The position numbers and the translations under genes were made by a program. This document shows positions 17,285 through 25,658 of a stretch of DNA of 41,103 bases, piece by piece. Numbering within the stretch: the stretch's first letter is position 1; every line of letters starts with the position of its first letter. The DNA comes from a virus (lineage: Duplodnaviria; Caudoviricetes): positions 1-41,103 of IMG/VR virus record IMGVR_UViG_3300005286_000179; one strand, 5' to 3'. Below the pieces are notes generated by a model. The model was not told the origin of the DNA. It saw nothing but the letters and a program-made list of their open reading frames with translations, and searched no databases.

Positions 17285-19300
17285 CTACCCTCGCCAGCCG
17301 GTTGCCCATCCTCCGCGTTTGCGCGAAGCCTTGCGGGCCTTGCGCGTAGTTTCGGGCGCCGCTTCCGGCGGGGTCATTGCAGGGATTTCCGCGACCTGCG
17401 GCGCCGGCGCGGCGGGCGCTGCCGGCGCCGCGTCATCGGCGCGCATGCGCTCCGCCAGCCTGGACAGCGGCGGCTGCATGATTTTCAGCGCGGCCAGGGC
17501 CAGGGCGCGGCAATCCAGCGCTTCGTTTCGCGCCTTCGGATGCTTGTGCCACTCGCGCACCGGCTGCCCCTTCACGTACCGCACCACCAGCTTTTCGGCC
17601 GTGATTTGCTTGCACCACTCCGCCAAGTCGGGGCGGTCGGCTGGGACGTGACAGTAGCCGGGGCCGGGCTTGTCCACGGCGAGCCGGCGCATCACGACTA
17701 GCTTTGCCTCGTCGGCCGCGACTTTGAACAGATCGACCTTTCGCGCCTTGCGGCCGGACTGCTTGCGCAGCACCTTCGCCACGATTGGTTCGCCGAAACT
17801 CGGCGCGTAACCCTTCGTGCCGAACAGCCGGCGACCGGTGCGGCCGCGCAGGTATTCGTACGCCGCTTGCGTGTAACCGGACGTGCCGCCGGTGTCCAGG
17901 CACGCGGCCTTAATGCTCATTTCCTGGCCGCTTTCGTGGCGGTACGTGGACGCCAACAGCGCGTCCAGTTCCTGCCACACCTCGCCCGCCAGCGGGTCGC
18001 CCCACAGCACGCGATAATCGACACTCCACGATTCTTCACCGACGCCCCAGGCGACTACCTCGCATTCCAGGCGATCCATCTGCATGTCAATGCCGGCGGT
18101 CAGGTACACGCCACCCATCGGCACCGGCGCGGCGTAATGCTCGGCCCGCGCTTCCAGCGCGCCCGCGTCGGCCTTGTCGCCCAGCTCTTCAAACGTTTCC
18201 GCAAGGCTCACGTTCACGAACGTCTGCAAATCGTCCGTGCGCAGCTTGTCCAGGTAGTCGCGGACGATATCGCCCAGCTTGCGGAACAGCGAATAGGCTT
18301 CCCATGCGTGATAAGACGCATGCCCCTTGAACGGCTTTTCTGCGATCCAGCCGCCGCCCACGCCTTCGGCGGTGCGGATCGCGGCCGCGCGCTCGCCATC
18401 GGTCCAGGCGCAGCCGTTCGCCTCGCACACGTACACGGCCGCCGTCGGGTCATGCTCGGGGCTGTCCAGGTCCGCCAGCGCGTCCTTGACGCACGTGGAC
18501 AGGCGCCCCGGCCACGAAACCTGTTCCCATTTCAGATATTGCAGCGCGCCGCAGTGCGGGCAGCGCACGTGAAAGCGGCGCTTGTCGCCGGCCTCCCATG
18601 ACTCATCAATGAAGCTGGAACCCGCCAGCGTGGGCGTGGAAATCTCAAACAGGAACCGCTCGCGGCCGAACGTCGCCGCGCGCTGCCACAGCAGGCCGAC
18701 CGGATGGCCTTCCGGCGTGCGCAGGTATCCGTCCACCTCATCGCAGCCGATGAACGGCGCGGAACGGCCGCGCATCGTCTTAGGCGATCCGGCCCAGGCG
18801 AGCATCAGGAAGCCGCCTGGGTAGCTCTTCATTTTCTGATTGTTGACGCCCTCGCGCCCGCGCGGTTTCGCGATGCGCTGGCCGATGGCCGGCGACGATT
18901 CCACCAGCGGATTGAACTTAGTTTCAAGCCATACCTGCACGTCGCCTTGCGACGGCTGCATCATCATCTGCGAGCGCGGGCGCACGGCGATGGCGAAGCC
19001 CTGCACGCACAGCAGCGTCAGCGTCTTGCCAATCTGCGCGCCCCATTTCAGCGTTACGCGGTAGCAGTCCGGCGCGGCAAACATGTCCATCGGCTCGCGC
19101 TGATACGGCGCGTTTGCGATGCGGTACGGGCCGGGGATCGCGTTTCCCTGCGGAATGCGCACGTTCGCTTCGGCCCAGGCGGACGGCAACAGGTTCGGCG
19201 GCGGCCGAAGCATGCCCAGCGCGCGGCGCGCAGCACGGCGGATGCCGTCGCGGTTCTGGAAGAATCGCAGGTTATTCAACTTCGTCCGCTTCCTCTTCAT
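17285..19300 (-). CDS. terL: Terminase large subunit (lambda GpA family); start uncertain
   Basis: PYQREPMD, Walker A GAQIGKT, DEVDGY, ISTPT, CPHCG, LTAGIDMQ, RNEALDC. Confidence 0.96.
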   Translation of the reverse strand: MKRKRTKLNNLRFFQNRDGIRRAARRALGMLRPPPNLLPSAWAEANVRIPQGNAIPGPYRIANAPYQREPMDMFAAPDCYRVTLKWGAQIGKTLTLLCVQGFAIAVRPRSQMMMQPSQGDVQVWLETKFNPLVESSPAIGQRIAKPRGREGVNNQKMKSYPGGFLMLAWAGSPKTMRGRSAPFIGCDEVDGYLRTPEGHPVGLLWQRAATFGRERFLFEISTPTLAGSSFIDESWEAGDKRRFHVRCPHCGALQYLKWEQVSWPGRLSTCVKDALADLDSPEHDPTAAVYVCEANGCAWTDGERAAAIRTAEGVGGGWIAEKPFKGHASYHAWEAYSLFRKLGDIVRDYLDKLRTDDLQTFVNVSLAETFEELGDKADAGALEARAEHYAAPVPMGGVYLTAGIDMQMDRLECEVVAWGVGEESWSVDYRVLWGDPLAGEVWQELDALLASTYRHESGQEMSIKAACLDTGGTSGYTQAAYEYLRGRTGRRLFGTKGYAPSFGEPIVAKVLRKQSGRKARKVDLFKVAADEAKLVVMRRLAVDKPGPGYCHVPADRPDLAEWCKQITAEKLVVRYVKGQPVREWHKHPKARNEALDCRALALAALKIMQPPLSRLAERMRADDAAPAAPAAPAPQVAEIPAMTPPEAAPETTRKARKASRKRGGWATGWRG
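17348..17390 (-). promoter_or_regulatory. Late promoter inside the terL 3' end, for the adaptor-portal-head operon
   Basis: GGAAATCCCTGCAATGA-N20-GAAACT. Confidence 0.72.
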
Positions 19301-19790
19301 CGGCCGCCAATACGTCCAGGTCGGCCAGCCCTTCCAACACGGCGTCAACTTCCGCCAGCAGTACAGCGCGGATGCGGTCGGCGTCCGTCTCGCCTAACAG
19401 CTGCGTTTCGCAGCGCGCGACGAACGAACCGCGCAGGTTCGTCATCACCTCGGCGCATACGCGCGTCCAGGCGCGTTCAACCGCGCCCAGGTCCGCGACC
19501 TGTGATGCGGCCTTCGCTAATTCCAGTTCCGCCATGCGCGTCTCCGCAAGCAACTTGCGGCGCTTCAACTCGTCCACGCCGGCTTGATCGTTGCCGGACG
19601 CGTCGGCCTTCGCCTTCGCCTCGCGCCAGCGCACAACGTCGGCGGTGTCGAATACCCATTCGCGGCCGCGCGCGCCTTCCTGGTCGTACGGGCAGCCCAG
19701 GCGCAGCCACGCATCCACGGTCGGCAGCGAAATGCCGAACATGTCCGCAAGCTGTTTCCGGTTTACTTTCTGCCCTTGCCCTTGCCGCAT
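19272..19790 (-). CDS. terS: Terminase small subunit (Nu1 family)
   Basis: VNRKQLADMFGISLPTVDAWLRLGCP...G.EW.FDTA.V..W winged HTH resembling lambda Nu1. Confidence 0.93.
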   Translation of the reverse strand: MRQGQGQKVNRKQLADMFGISLPTVDAWLRLGCPYDQEGARGREWVFDTADVVRWREAKAKADASGNDQAGVDELKRRKLLAETRMAELELAKAASQVADLGAVERAWTRVCAEVMTNLRGSFVARCETQLLGETDADRIRAVLLAEVDAVLEGLADLDVLAADEEEADEVE

Positions 19791-19860
19791 GATTTACGGG
19801 CGAGCCGCGCCCGAACGGAAACAAAAAACCGATTTCGGAACCCCACCCACACCGCGAATC

Positions 19861-19907
19861 CTGCGGTGTCGGCGACCCCGCAGGGGTACGGGGCCGAGGA
19901 AGGACCC
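19861..19907 (-). other. Putative cos site: cosQ (GGGTCCT, 19901-19907) and cosN-like dyad (19861-19883)
   Basis: Same cosQ heptamer as lambda, followed 17 bp later by CTGCGGGGTCGCCGACACCGCAG dyad, directly upstream of terS. Confidence 0.75.
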
Positions 19908-19972
19908 AACGTTATGCACAGGGATATCCCCAGCTTGTCCACATGGGGATATCCCCGGCGATGCCCTGCCCA

Positions 19973-20305
19973 TCACGGCCCCTTACCGTGCGGCTCGCAC
20001 CACTCGGGACGCATCGGCTCGGCCCCGTTGACCAGGACGCCAGCCTGCCCCGTGACAGCACACACCAGCGCGCGGAAGTCATCCGCGAGCGCGTGATACA
20101 TGCCCGCCACCTGCACATGGTTGGACAGCAGCGCCACACGCGAGCCGTCGGCAGGCTGCGGCAGGGCTGCCGGGTCAGTCGCCAGCAGGTCGGCCGGGAT
20201 GCTCAAATTCGCCGGCTGCGGCAGGCCCTGCGTTGGCCTCACGCCATGCCTGCAAGCCGTCGCCATCAAGGCACACGCCACCATCGCCACCCACCTGCAC
20301 CGCAT
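19973..20305 (-). CDS. o-spanin (Rz1-like lipoprotein)
   Basis: Lipobox-like LMATA-C, Pro-rich mature region, overlaps the Rz-like gene in another frame. Confidence 0.75.
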   Translation of the reverse strand: MRCRWVAMVACALMATACRHGVRPTQGLPQPANLSIPADLLATDPAALPQPADGSRVALLSNHVQVAGMYHALADDFRALVCAVTGQAGVLVNGAEPMRPEWCEPHGKGP

Positions 20306-20576
20306 ACGCTGTCACCTTCGTCTGTACCTGCTGCATATGCGCCGCATTGGCCGCCTGGGCCTCGCTGCGCACTACCTGCACCACTGCCCCAGCCTGGGCA
20401 TTGCTCGCGTCGTGCGCGCGCGCCTGGGCGGTTTCCTGGGCCTTCTGCTCCGCCCCCGCCTGCGCCGCTTCCGCCGTGGCCTTGTCGGCGACTGCATCGC
20501 GGGCGAACCATCCGCCCGCGACACATGCCAGCGACCACGCGGCGAACACGACAACCGCCGCGCGTGCGCCCATCAC
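20175..20576 (-). CDS. i-spanin (Rz-like)
   Basis: N-terminal TM ending GGW, Ala/Gln coiled coil, C-terminal CLDGDGLQAWREAN. Confidence 0.78.
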   Translation of the reverse strand: MMGARAAVVVFAAWSLACVAGGWFARDAVADKATAEAAQAGAEQKAQETAQARAHDASNAQAGAVVQVVRSEAQAANAAHMQQVQTKVTAYAVQVGGDGGVCLDGDGLQAWREANAGPAAAGEFEHPGRPAGD

Positions 20577-20911
20577 TCGCCCTGCGCCTCGGTGTACTGG
20601 ATGGAATCGTCGATAGCCTCGCTCACCTCAATGGCATGCTCGACGGTCGCATCCGCGAGCCACCGCATCACGCGCATGGCGCCGGCCTGCACCTTGTCGG
20701 CGCCGGCAGCGAGGATGCCGCCCAGCACCGCCACACCGCAGGCCACGACGGTGACAGCCAGGAACGGCGAGCCGAACGCGAACGCGCCCAGGCCGAACGG
20801 GTTGCGCCACAGCCGGCCGCCGCTGCGATAGTTGGCGATCACCTGCGCCACGAACGGCACCACGAACAGCACGACGGCCGCGACGATCAGGGCGATAACG
20901 GAATTGCTCAT
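20573..20911 (-). CDS. Membrane protein in lysis cassette (holin/antiholin candidate)
   Basis: Two hydrophobic segments and an acidic tail; lies between endolysin and spanins. Confidence 0.55.
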   Translation of the reverse strand: MSNSVIALIVAAVVLFVVPFVAQVIANYRSGGRLWRNPFGLGAFAFGSPFLAVTVVACGVAVLGGILAAGADKVQAGAMRVMRWLADATVEHAIEVSEAIDDSIQYTEAQGE

Positions 20912-20937
20912 TGGTGAAACTCCGGGTTGGGAAAACG

Positions 20938-21363
20938 TCAGTTCACGCCGGCAAGCGACAGGCCGGCGCGGATCACTTCGTCGGGCCAGAAATCGCCGCC
21001 GCTTTCGTGGTGCGCGATGGCCTTTACCAGCGGGAACGCATGCGCCGCTTTGGTCACGTCGATACGCGCATCAGGCGACACGCCGACAGCGCGCGCGACA
21101 GCTGCGACATACGCGCCGGTGTTGTTCTCGGTCGGGGGCGCCCAGCGGTTCACGATGCCGCGCACGGTGTTCAGCCCGTGCTTGTCCTGGTAGGTGCGCA
21201 GCGTGCGGGCCAGGGCGCGGAATCCATATTCCGCAGACACGAACACGGCGAACCGCTTTTCGCTCGCGAACGCTGCGGGGCTGCGGTCCTCGCCCTGCCA
21301 GATGGTCGCGGTGCGATCAATGTTGCCGGGGTTGTTGTTGCGCACGGAACGCGGCGCCGTCAT
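20938..21363 (-). CDS. Putative endolysin (RNNNPGNI lysozyme-like family)
   Basis: RSVRNNNPGNI, F.SAEYGFRAL, RWAPPTENNTGAY, AIAHHESG; position in lysis cassette. Confidence 0.8.
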   Translation of the reverse strand: MTAPRSVRNNNPGNIDRTATIWQGEDRSPAAFASEKRFAVFVSAEYGFRALARTLRTYQDKHGLNTVRGIVNRWAPPTENNTGAYVAAVARAVGVSPDARIDVTKAAHAFPLVKAIAHHESGGDFWPDEVIRAGLSLAGVN

Positions 21364-21710
21364 GCGGCACCGCCTTTCGCGTAACGCTCGACCAGGGCGG
21401 TCAGGTGTTGCACCTGGGACGAAAGAATCTCGACGCGGCCGCGAAGCTCGCCGATTTCCGTCACCATGCGCTCGCGCTCGCGCATCAGTTCGTCAGCACG
21501 TGCGCGCTCGGCGTCAGCGCGCGCCCGCTCATCCTGCAACTGGGTTTGCAGTCGGGTGATGGTCGCCACGTCCGCATCATTGGCGGCGCGCTCGACCTTC
21601 GCGCTGGAAAGCCACTGCCGCAGGACCAGGAAGCCCGCGACAACATAGCCGCCGATCCCGCCGGCGACCTTTGCGAATTCGCCCGCAGTCTCGGGCATCG
21701 GATCAATCAT
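21360..21710 (-). CDS. Holin-like protein (single TM plus coiled coil); start uncertain
   Basis: TM AGGIGGYVVAGFLVL then a long coiled coil; first gene of the lysis operon, stop overlaps endolysin start. Confidence 0.55.
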   Translation of the reverse strand: MIDPMPETAGEFAKVAGGIGGYVVAGFLVLRQWLSSAKVERAANDADVATITRLQTQLQDERARADAERARADELMRERERMVTEIGELRGRVEILSSQVQHLTALVERYAKGGAA

Positions 21711-22143
21711 TGCAGACACTTCCGCAGGGTTTCGCGGAATCATCCCCGCGCGTGGCCGGCATTACCTCTGCGCGCACTTCCGCGATCACCTGCCGGACGC
21801 GGCGCGGCGTCACGCCCGTGACCAGGGCGATTGCTTCGGTCCCCCAGCCGGCGCACGCAAGCCGCAGGATGGCGGCGCGTCTGCAATCGTTCGCTTCGTT
21901 CGCGCACGTGGCGAGAAACAGGATTTCGCCGCCGTATGCGGCCGACAGCTTCAACGCGGCTTCAACGCCCAGGATTTCGGCCAGCGGGTGCGACGGCGGA
22001 ACCTTCGCCGGAACGTAGATCACGGGGCGCGCGGTGCCGTCGGCGGTGCGGGCCTTGCGCGGCCAGCGGCGGACCAGCTGCAACGCGGCATCCTGGCCGA
22101 TCACTTCGGCGATTTGCTGGACGCTTGCGGGAAGCTCGGGCAT
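21703..22143 (-). CDS. Mor/C-family late transcription activator
   Basis: LP.SV..IAEVIG.DAALQL, IYVP, L...YGGE.L, C-terminal HTH IALVTGVTPRRVRQV. Confidence 0.82.
   Translation of the reverse strand: MPELPASVQQIAEVIGQDAALQLVRRWPRKARTADGTARPVIYVPAKVPPSHPLAEILGVEAALKLSAAYGGEILFLATCANEANDCRRAAILRLACAGWGTEAIALVTGVTPRRVRQVIAEVRAEVMPATRGDDSAKPCGSVCND
21739..21781 (-). promoter_or_regulatory. Late promoter for the lysis/terminase operon, inside the activator gene
   Basis: GGAAGTGCGCGCAGAGG-N20-GATGAT; second box GGAAGTGTCTGCAATGA at 21707-21723. Confidence 0.62.
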
Positions 22144-22173
22144 GTGTGTGTGCGCACCTGCGGGGACAACGCA

Positions 22174-22202
22174 AGGCTACACACGCGCGTAACGCTGGGC
22201 AA
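22174..22202 (-). promoter_or_regulatory. sigma70-type promoter of the Mor-like gene with partial operator
   Basis: TTGCCC-N17-TAGCCT with GTTACGCGCGT in the spacer. Confidence 0.65.
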
Positions 22203-22203
22203 T

Positions 22204-22587
22204 TATCCCCGTTCGGGGATAGGCGGGTACGGGTCCGGGGAGCCATACCCGCCCTTAACTCGTTGTCCTGCATGGAAAAACCGGCTAGGCGGGTATGGGC
22301 GGGTACCGGATTCCCTACATAGCGATTCTACGGGGATATATCCCCGTAGCTTTTCCGTTTTCCCCGGCTACAGCTATACCCATACCCTACCTATGGATAA
22401 ATACTATTACGTATCAATAGGTTATGACGGGGATAGGTAGGGTATTGGGTAGGGTATGGGGTCGGGTATTGGGTCGGGTATCGCCCCCGGCTTTTGGGGA
22501 GCCATACCCGACCACATGAGCGCGCGGGGCATCCCCATCCGGGGACGTGTCCCCGCCGTCGCGGGGATATATCCCCAATTGGGGACG
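22204..22587. repeat. Putative replication origin: AT-rich core flanked by inverted GGGTAT/ATACCC iterons
   Basis: AT-rich 22392-22425; four 12-bp tandem units at about 22440-22487; perfect 22-bp palindrome 22328-22349; no credible ORF. Confidence 0.7.
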
Positions 22588-23052
22588 CTACTTTTGCGCT
22601 GCGCTCGCCGGCCAACAGCCGGGGCGCGGGCGCGCGCGGCGTGGTGCGGCATGTTCGCGCGCGCTGTCCGTCAGGTGCCACAGCCGGGCCATGATGAAGT
22701 CGGCGGCGGTCGCCGAATCGGCCAGCGTTTCCAGGCGAACGCGATACGCGGCCGCGCCCCTGGCGGTGATCGCCAGCACCAGCCCCGGCGTGTCGGGGTA
22801 GGACTCGGCAAGCTCGACGCGCACCGCGCCCAGGCTGGCGGAAACGCTCCCAGCGCTGGCGGGGCCGCCGAATCTCGACGCGACCAGGGCATCAGGGACG
22901 CCCAGGGCCTGCGCCAGCTTGGAAAGCCAACGGGGCGCGCTGGCGTGGAAATCCAGTTTCGCGCGCGCGCTGCGTTCGGTCGCATTGCAGGCGCCGCGAA
23001 CCCGGCGCAGCTTGGCCGGGATGCGGGGCATGGTTGGAATCGTGGCGTTCAT
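22588..23052 (-). CDS. Hypothetical protein
   Basis: ATGA overlap with the upstream gene; no recognised motif. Confidence 0.5.
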   Translation of the reverse strand: MNATIPTMPRIPAKLRRVRGACNATERSARAKLDFHASAPRWLSKLAQALGVPDALVASRFGGPASAGSVSASLGAVRVELAESYPDTPGLVLAITARGAAAYRVRLETLADSATAADFIMARLWHLTDSAREHAAPRRARPRPGCWPASAAQK

Positions 23053-23663
23053 GCTGCGCGGGCCTTGAACGTGGCCGGGTTGTGCTTGTCCTCATACGCG
23101 GCGCGGGCCTGGGCAAGCGCTTCCTGGCGCGTGGCGGCCATTACTTCCACGGCGTAGGCGCCGGACACGTGGGCGCCAGCGTACAGCGTGCGACGCGGCG
23201 CGACGTGAACGCGCCACCGGCGCGGCTCGGGGCGGCCGAAATAGTGGAACACGTCACGCCGCCAGAATGCCGGCGGGTTGTTCTGCGACACGTTGCGCAC
23301 GTTCAGGTGCAGATCGTGATGCGTGATCGGCGCCAGCAGTTCCACGGCGTATTCGCGGCCGTTCGGCATCGCGTACACGGCCAGGGCGCGGCCGTCGCGC
23401 ACCGCGATAACGCGCACGTCGCGGCGGCCCTGATTGACCCACATGGCGCCGCGCTGGCCGACATGGAAGCCGGCCGGCTCGCCGTAGCGGTAGGCGCGGC
23501 GGGCGTCGCCGCGCGCTTCCTGGGCGGCGTCATACGCGTCCGCGATGGCGCGCATGTCGGGGTCGGACACGTCGCACGACGGGCGATAGCGGCCGCCAGC
23601 GTTCAGCAGGTCGGCCAGGGTGCGGAAAGCGGTACGGCGGGCGATCAGGGCATCAATGTTCAT
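23049..23663 (-). CDS. Hypothetical early accessory protein (cassette gene)
   Basis: ATG 23663 after CCGGA RBS and own operator-promoter. Confidence 0.7.
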   Translation of the reverse strand: MNIDALIARRTAFRTLADLLNAGGRYRPSCDVSDPDMRAIADAYDAAQEARGDARRAYRYGEPAGFHVGQRGAMWVNQGRRDVRVIAVRDGRALAVYAMPNGREYAVELLAPITHHDLHLNVRNVSQNNPPAFWRRDVFHYFGRPEPRRWRVHVAPRRTLYAGAHVSGAYAVEVMAATRQEALAQARAAYEDKHNPATFKARAA

Positions 23664-23697
23664 GGGGCGGTGTCCGGTGCGGGATGCGATGGGGACG

Positions 23698-23725
23698 ATC
23701 ATATCACGTTACGCGCGTAACGCAA
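23698..23725 (-). promoter_or_regulatory. Cassette promoter with perfect operator (23708-23721)
   Basis: TTGCGT-N16-TATGAT containing GTTACGCGCGTAAC. Confidence 0.85.
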
Positions 23726-23733
23726 CGGGGCGG

Positions 23734-23761
23734 AAAAAAGCCCCGGCGGGTTCCGGGGCTT
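23734..23761 (-). terminator. Rho-independent terminator
   Basis: AAGCCCCGG-loop-CCGGGGCTTTTTT. Confidence 0.85.
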
Positions 23762-23779
23762 CGGGCCGATCCTGGCCGC

Positions 23780-24079
23780 TTACAGCGTGCAGTGCAGGCC
23801 GGTGCGCTCGGTGAACACAGTGCGCAGGGTTTCGGCGTACACGTCGGAAACGCTGCCCTTGTCGGTGATGTTCAGGCCGCGCAGGCGCTTGAACTCGACC
23901 GAGTAGGTATCCGACGGGTCCAGGCGGATCGTCACGTGGGTGATGCCGTCGCGGGCGAAGTTGGCCGGCAGGCGGAAGGACAGGCTGTTGCCGCTAAACA
24001 CGAAATCGCGGGCGCCGGTCATGGCGATGAAGCGATTGCCGCCCAGCTGGGAAAGGATGGTGTTGGCGATTGGGGACAT
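23780..24079 (-). CDS. Conserved phage hypothetical protein (99 aa), single-gene cassette
   Basis: IANTILSQLGGNRFIAMTGA...DTY.VEF...VY.E.L..VF...TGL, a pattern I recognise from phage hypothetical proteins; GGAG RBS. Confidence 0.82.
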   Translation of the reverse strand: MSPIANTILSQLGGNRFIAMTGARDFVFSGNSLSFRLPANFARDGITHVTIRLDPSDTYSVEFKRLRGLNITDKGSVSDVYAETLRTVFTERTGLHCTL

Positions 24080-24110
24080 GGGATTGGCTCCGGTCGGTGG
24101 CGATGGGGCC

Positions 24111-24140
24111 ATTGTAATCGCGTTACGCGCGTAACGTCAA
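24111..24140 (-). promoter_or_regulatory. Cassette promoter with perfect operator (24122-24135)
   Basis: TTGACG-N18-TACAAT containing GTTACGCGCGTAAC. Confidence 0.88.
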
Positions 24141-24379
24141 CAGGGCGGACCGGCCCGCCGTACCGTCTCGCGGTATAGGCGGATCGCCTGCGTTGCGTTG
24201 TCGCCCCGGAACGTTCCCGCGCCCGCGTCATCGCACCATTCGGCGCTGTTGGTGTAGATGAACACGCCATCGCGCTCGACGGTGAACCCGATGATGCGCG
24301 GATCGCTTTCGATCAGCGCGCGCAGCCGCGCCGGGGCCGATTCCAGGGGCGCGCTGTAGCTGGCCAGGGCGCGCATCAC
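24137..24379 (-). CDS. Hypothetical early protein
   Basis: GTGA overlap with the upstream gene; 80 aa. Confidence 0.65.
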   Translation of the reverse strand: MMRALASYSAPLESAPARLRALIESDPRIIGFTVERDGVFIYTNSAEWCDDAGAGTFRGDNATQAIRLYRETVRRAGPPC

Positions 24380-24714
24380 GCGCCCTCAGCCTCGACCACG
24401 ACGAACCGCCAGCCTGGGTCGCCCGCAATGCGGCGCTCGGCGTCGGCTTTGGCCTTCTGCGCCAGTTCGGCGCGCGAGGCCCAGCCCCACACGCCCACAT
24501 GCACGCCATCCGCGCCCGGCGCGCAGCGCTCGCGCTCATACGCCGCGTGACGCTCCCATTGGTCGGCGGACGCGTTCGCCTGCCACGTGTGCGCGCGCTG
24601 CCACGCGAGCGATTTCTCCACGTCGATGATCGCCAGGACCGCATGCGAATACCGGCGGGCTTTGCTGTTGCGGGTGAAGGTGCGGCCGGCGTAGGTGGCG
24701 CGGTGCTTGTTCAT
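24376..24714 (-). CDS. Hypothetical early protein (cassette gene)
   Basis: ATG 24714 after GGAG RBS; MNKHRATYAGRTFTRNSKARRYSHAV. Confidence 0.72.
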   Translation of the reverse strand: MNKHRATYAGRTFTRNSKARRYSHAVLAIIDVEKSLAWQRAHTWQANASADQWERHAAYERERCAPGADGVHVGVWGWASRAELAQKAKADAERRIAGDPGWRFVVVEAEGA

Positions 24715-24759
24715 GTGTTCGGCTCCGGTAGATGGCGGGGGCGCCCCGCCGATGGACCA

Positions 24760-24789
24760 ATCATAGAACACGTTACGCGCGTAACGCAA
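24760..24789 (-). promoter_or_regulatory. Cassette promoter with perfect operator (24772-24785)
   Basis: TTGCGT-N18-TATGAT containing GTTACGCGCGTAAC. Confidence 0.85.
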
Positions 24790-24795
24790 TGGGGG

Positions 24796-25140
24796 TCAGA
24801 AATCGGTCGCCCAGGTGTGCGCGGCTTGCAGCTTCGCCAGCTGCCGGGCCGTTACCCGCTCGGTGCGGCCGTCGCGCCAGCGGATCACGTTCGGGCCGAC
24901 CTGCAACAGGCAGAAGTCTGCGGCCGCCTTCGCGTCATCAACGGCCGTGGGGCTGTACTGGCCGCGCTCGACGCCGTGCGGGAACGATCCGACGAACTTA
25001 ACGGATGCCGCCGGCTGCGCGGCCGCGACTTCGGCGGCGCACGCATCGCACAGCATTTGCCCGAACCGCTCGCCCTTGCCCTGCTCTTCCGGGGCCATGA
25101 GCGCGTCGCAGATATCGCAGCAGTCGAATACGGACAGCAT
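24796..25140 (-). CDS. Hypothetical protein with CxxC...CxxC zinc finger
   Basis: CDIC...CDAC; GAGG RBS. Confidence 0.68.
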   Translation of the reverse strand: MLSVFDCCDICDALMAPEEQGKGERFGQMLCDACAAEVAAAQPAASVKFVGSFPHGVERGQYSPTAVDDAKAAADFCLLQVGPNVIRWRDGRTERVTARQLAKLQAAHTWATDF

Positions 25141-25151
25141 GGCGGCGCCCC

Positions 25152-25595
25152 TCACTGCTCACCAGGCCGGCGCGCGTTGGCGTCCGTCAGCACGTCCAGG
25201 ACGCGGGCCGCGATGGCTTCGGCCAGGGCGGCCACGGCCGGGTTACGCGGCTGCACCTGGGCGGCCTTGCGGGCGCGGAAGGCGTCCAGGCTCACCACGT
25301 TAGCGACCGGGGTCGGCGCGGCCTCCTGGGCGACCTGGGCCGGCTCCTGGGCGATGCGGTCGCCGTTCTCGTCCCGGTCGGCGTACCAGCTGGCGGCCAT
25401 CGAATAGCTGCCCATGCTCACGCTTTCCACGCCGTCCCAAACGGTGATGCGCTTCCGCTCAACCTTGCCGTGCCGCTCAATCCACAGAGTCTTTTCGGTG
25501 CGCTTGACCACGGTCATAACAAAGATGCAGTCGTAATCGCACACGGAACGGGTGCCGTAGGACTTGCCGACTTCAAACGCGGTGGTGGTGGTCAT
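25152..25595 (-). CDS. Hypothetical early protein (cassette gene)
   Basis: FEVGKSY.TRSVCDYDCIF..TVVKRTEKT; GGAG RBS. Confidence 0.78.
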   Translation of the reverse strand: MTTTTAFEVGKSYGTRSVCDYDCIFVMTVVKRTEKTLWIERHGKVERKRITVWDGVESVSMGSYSMAASWYADRDENGDRIAQEPAQVAQEAAPTPVANVVSLDAFRARKAAQVQPRNPAVAALAEAIAARVLDVLTDANARRPGEQ

Positions 25596-25624
25596 GTGCT
25601 GCGCTCCGCTGTTGGTGTGGGGAT

Positions 25625-25653
25625 ATCCTGCCAGGTTACGCGCGTAACGTCAA
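25625..25653 (-). promoter_or_regulatory. Cassette promoter with perfect operator (25635-25648)
   Basis: TTGACG-N17-CAGGAT containing GTTACGCGCGTAAC. Confidence 0.85.
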
Positions 25654-25658
25654 CAGGC

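Noticed and set aside
22430-22490. Tandem repeats as a CRISPR array, or the ORFs 22391-22681 and 22422-22652 as repeat proteins
   Set aside because: Units are 12 bp and contiguous with no spacers and no cas genes; the peptide repeats are a by-product of the iteron-like DNA
23708-25648. GTTACGCGCGTAAC as a LexA box, integron attC or CRISPR repeat
   Set aside because: Does not match CTGT-N8-ACAG; no attC-length structure or IntI; spacing is gene-sized and every copy sits in a promoter spacer
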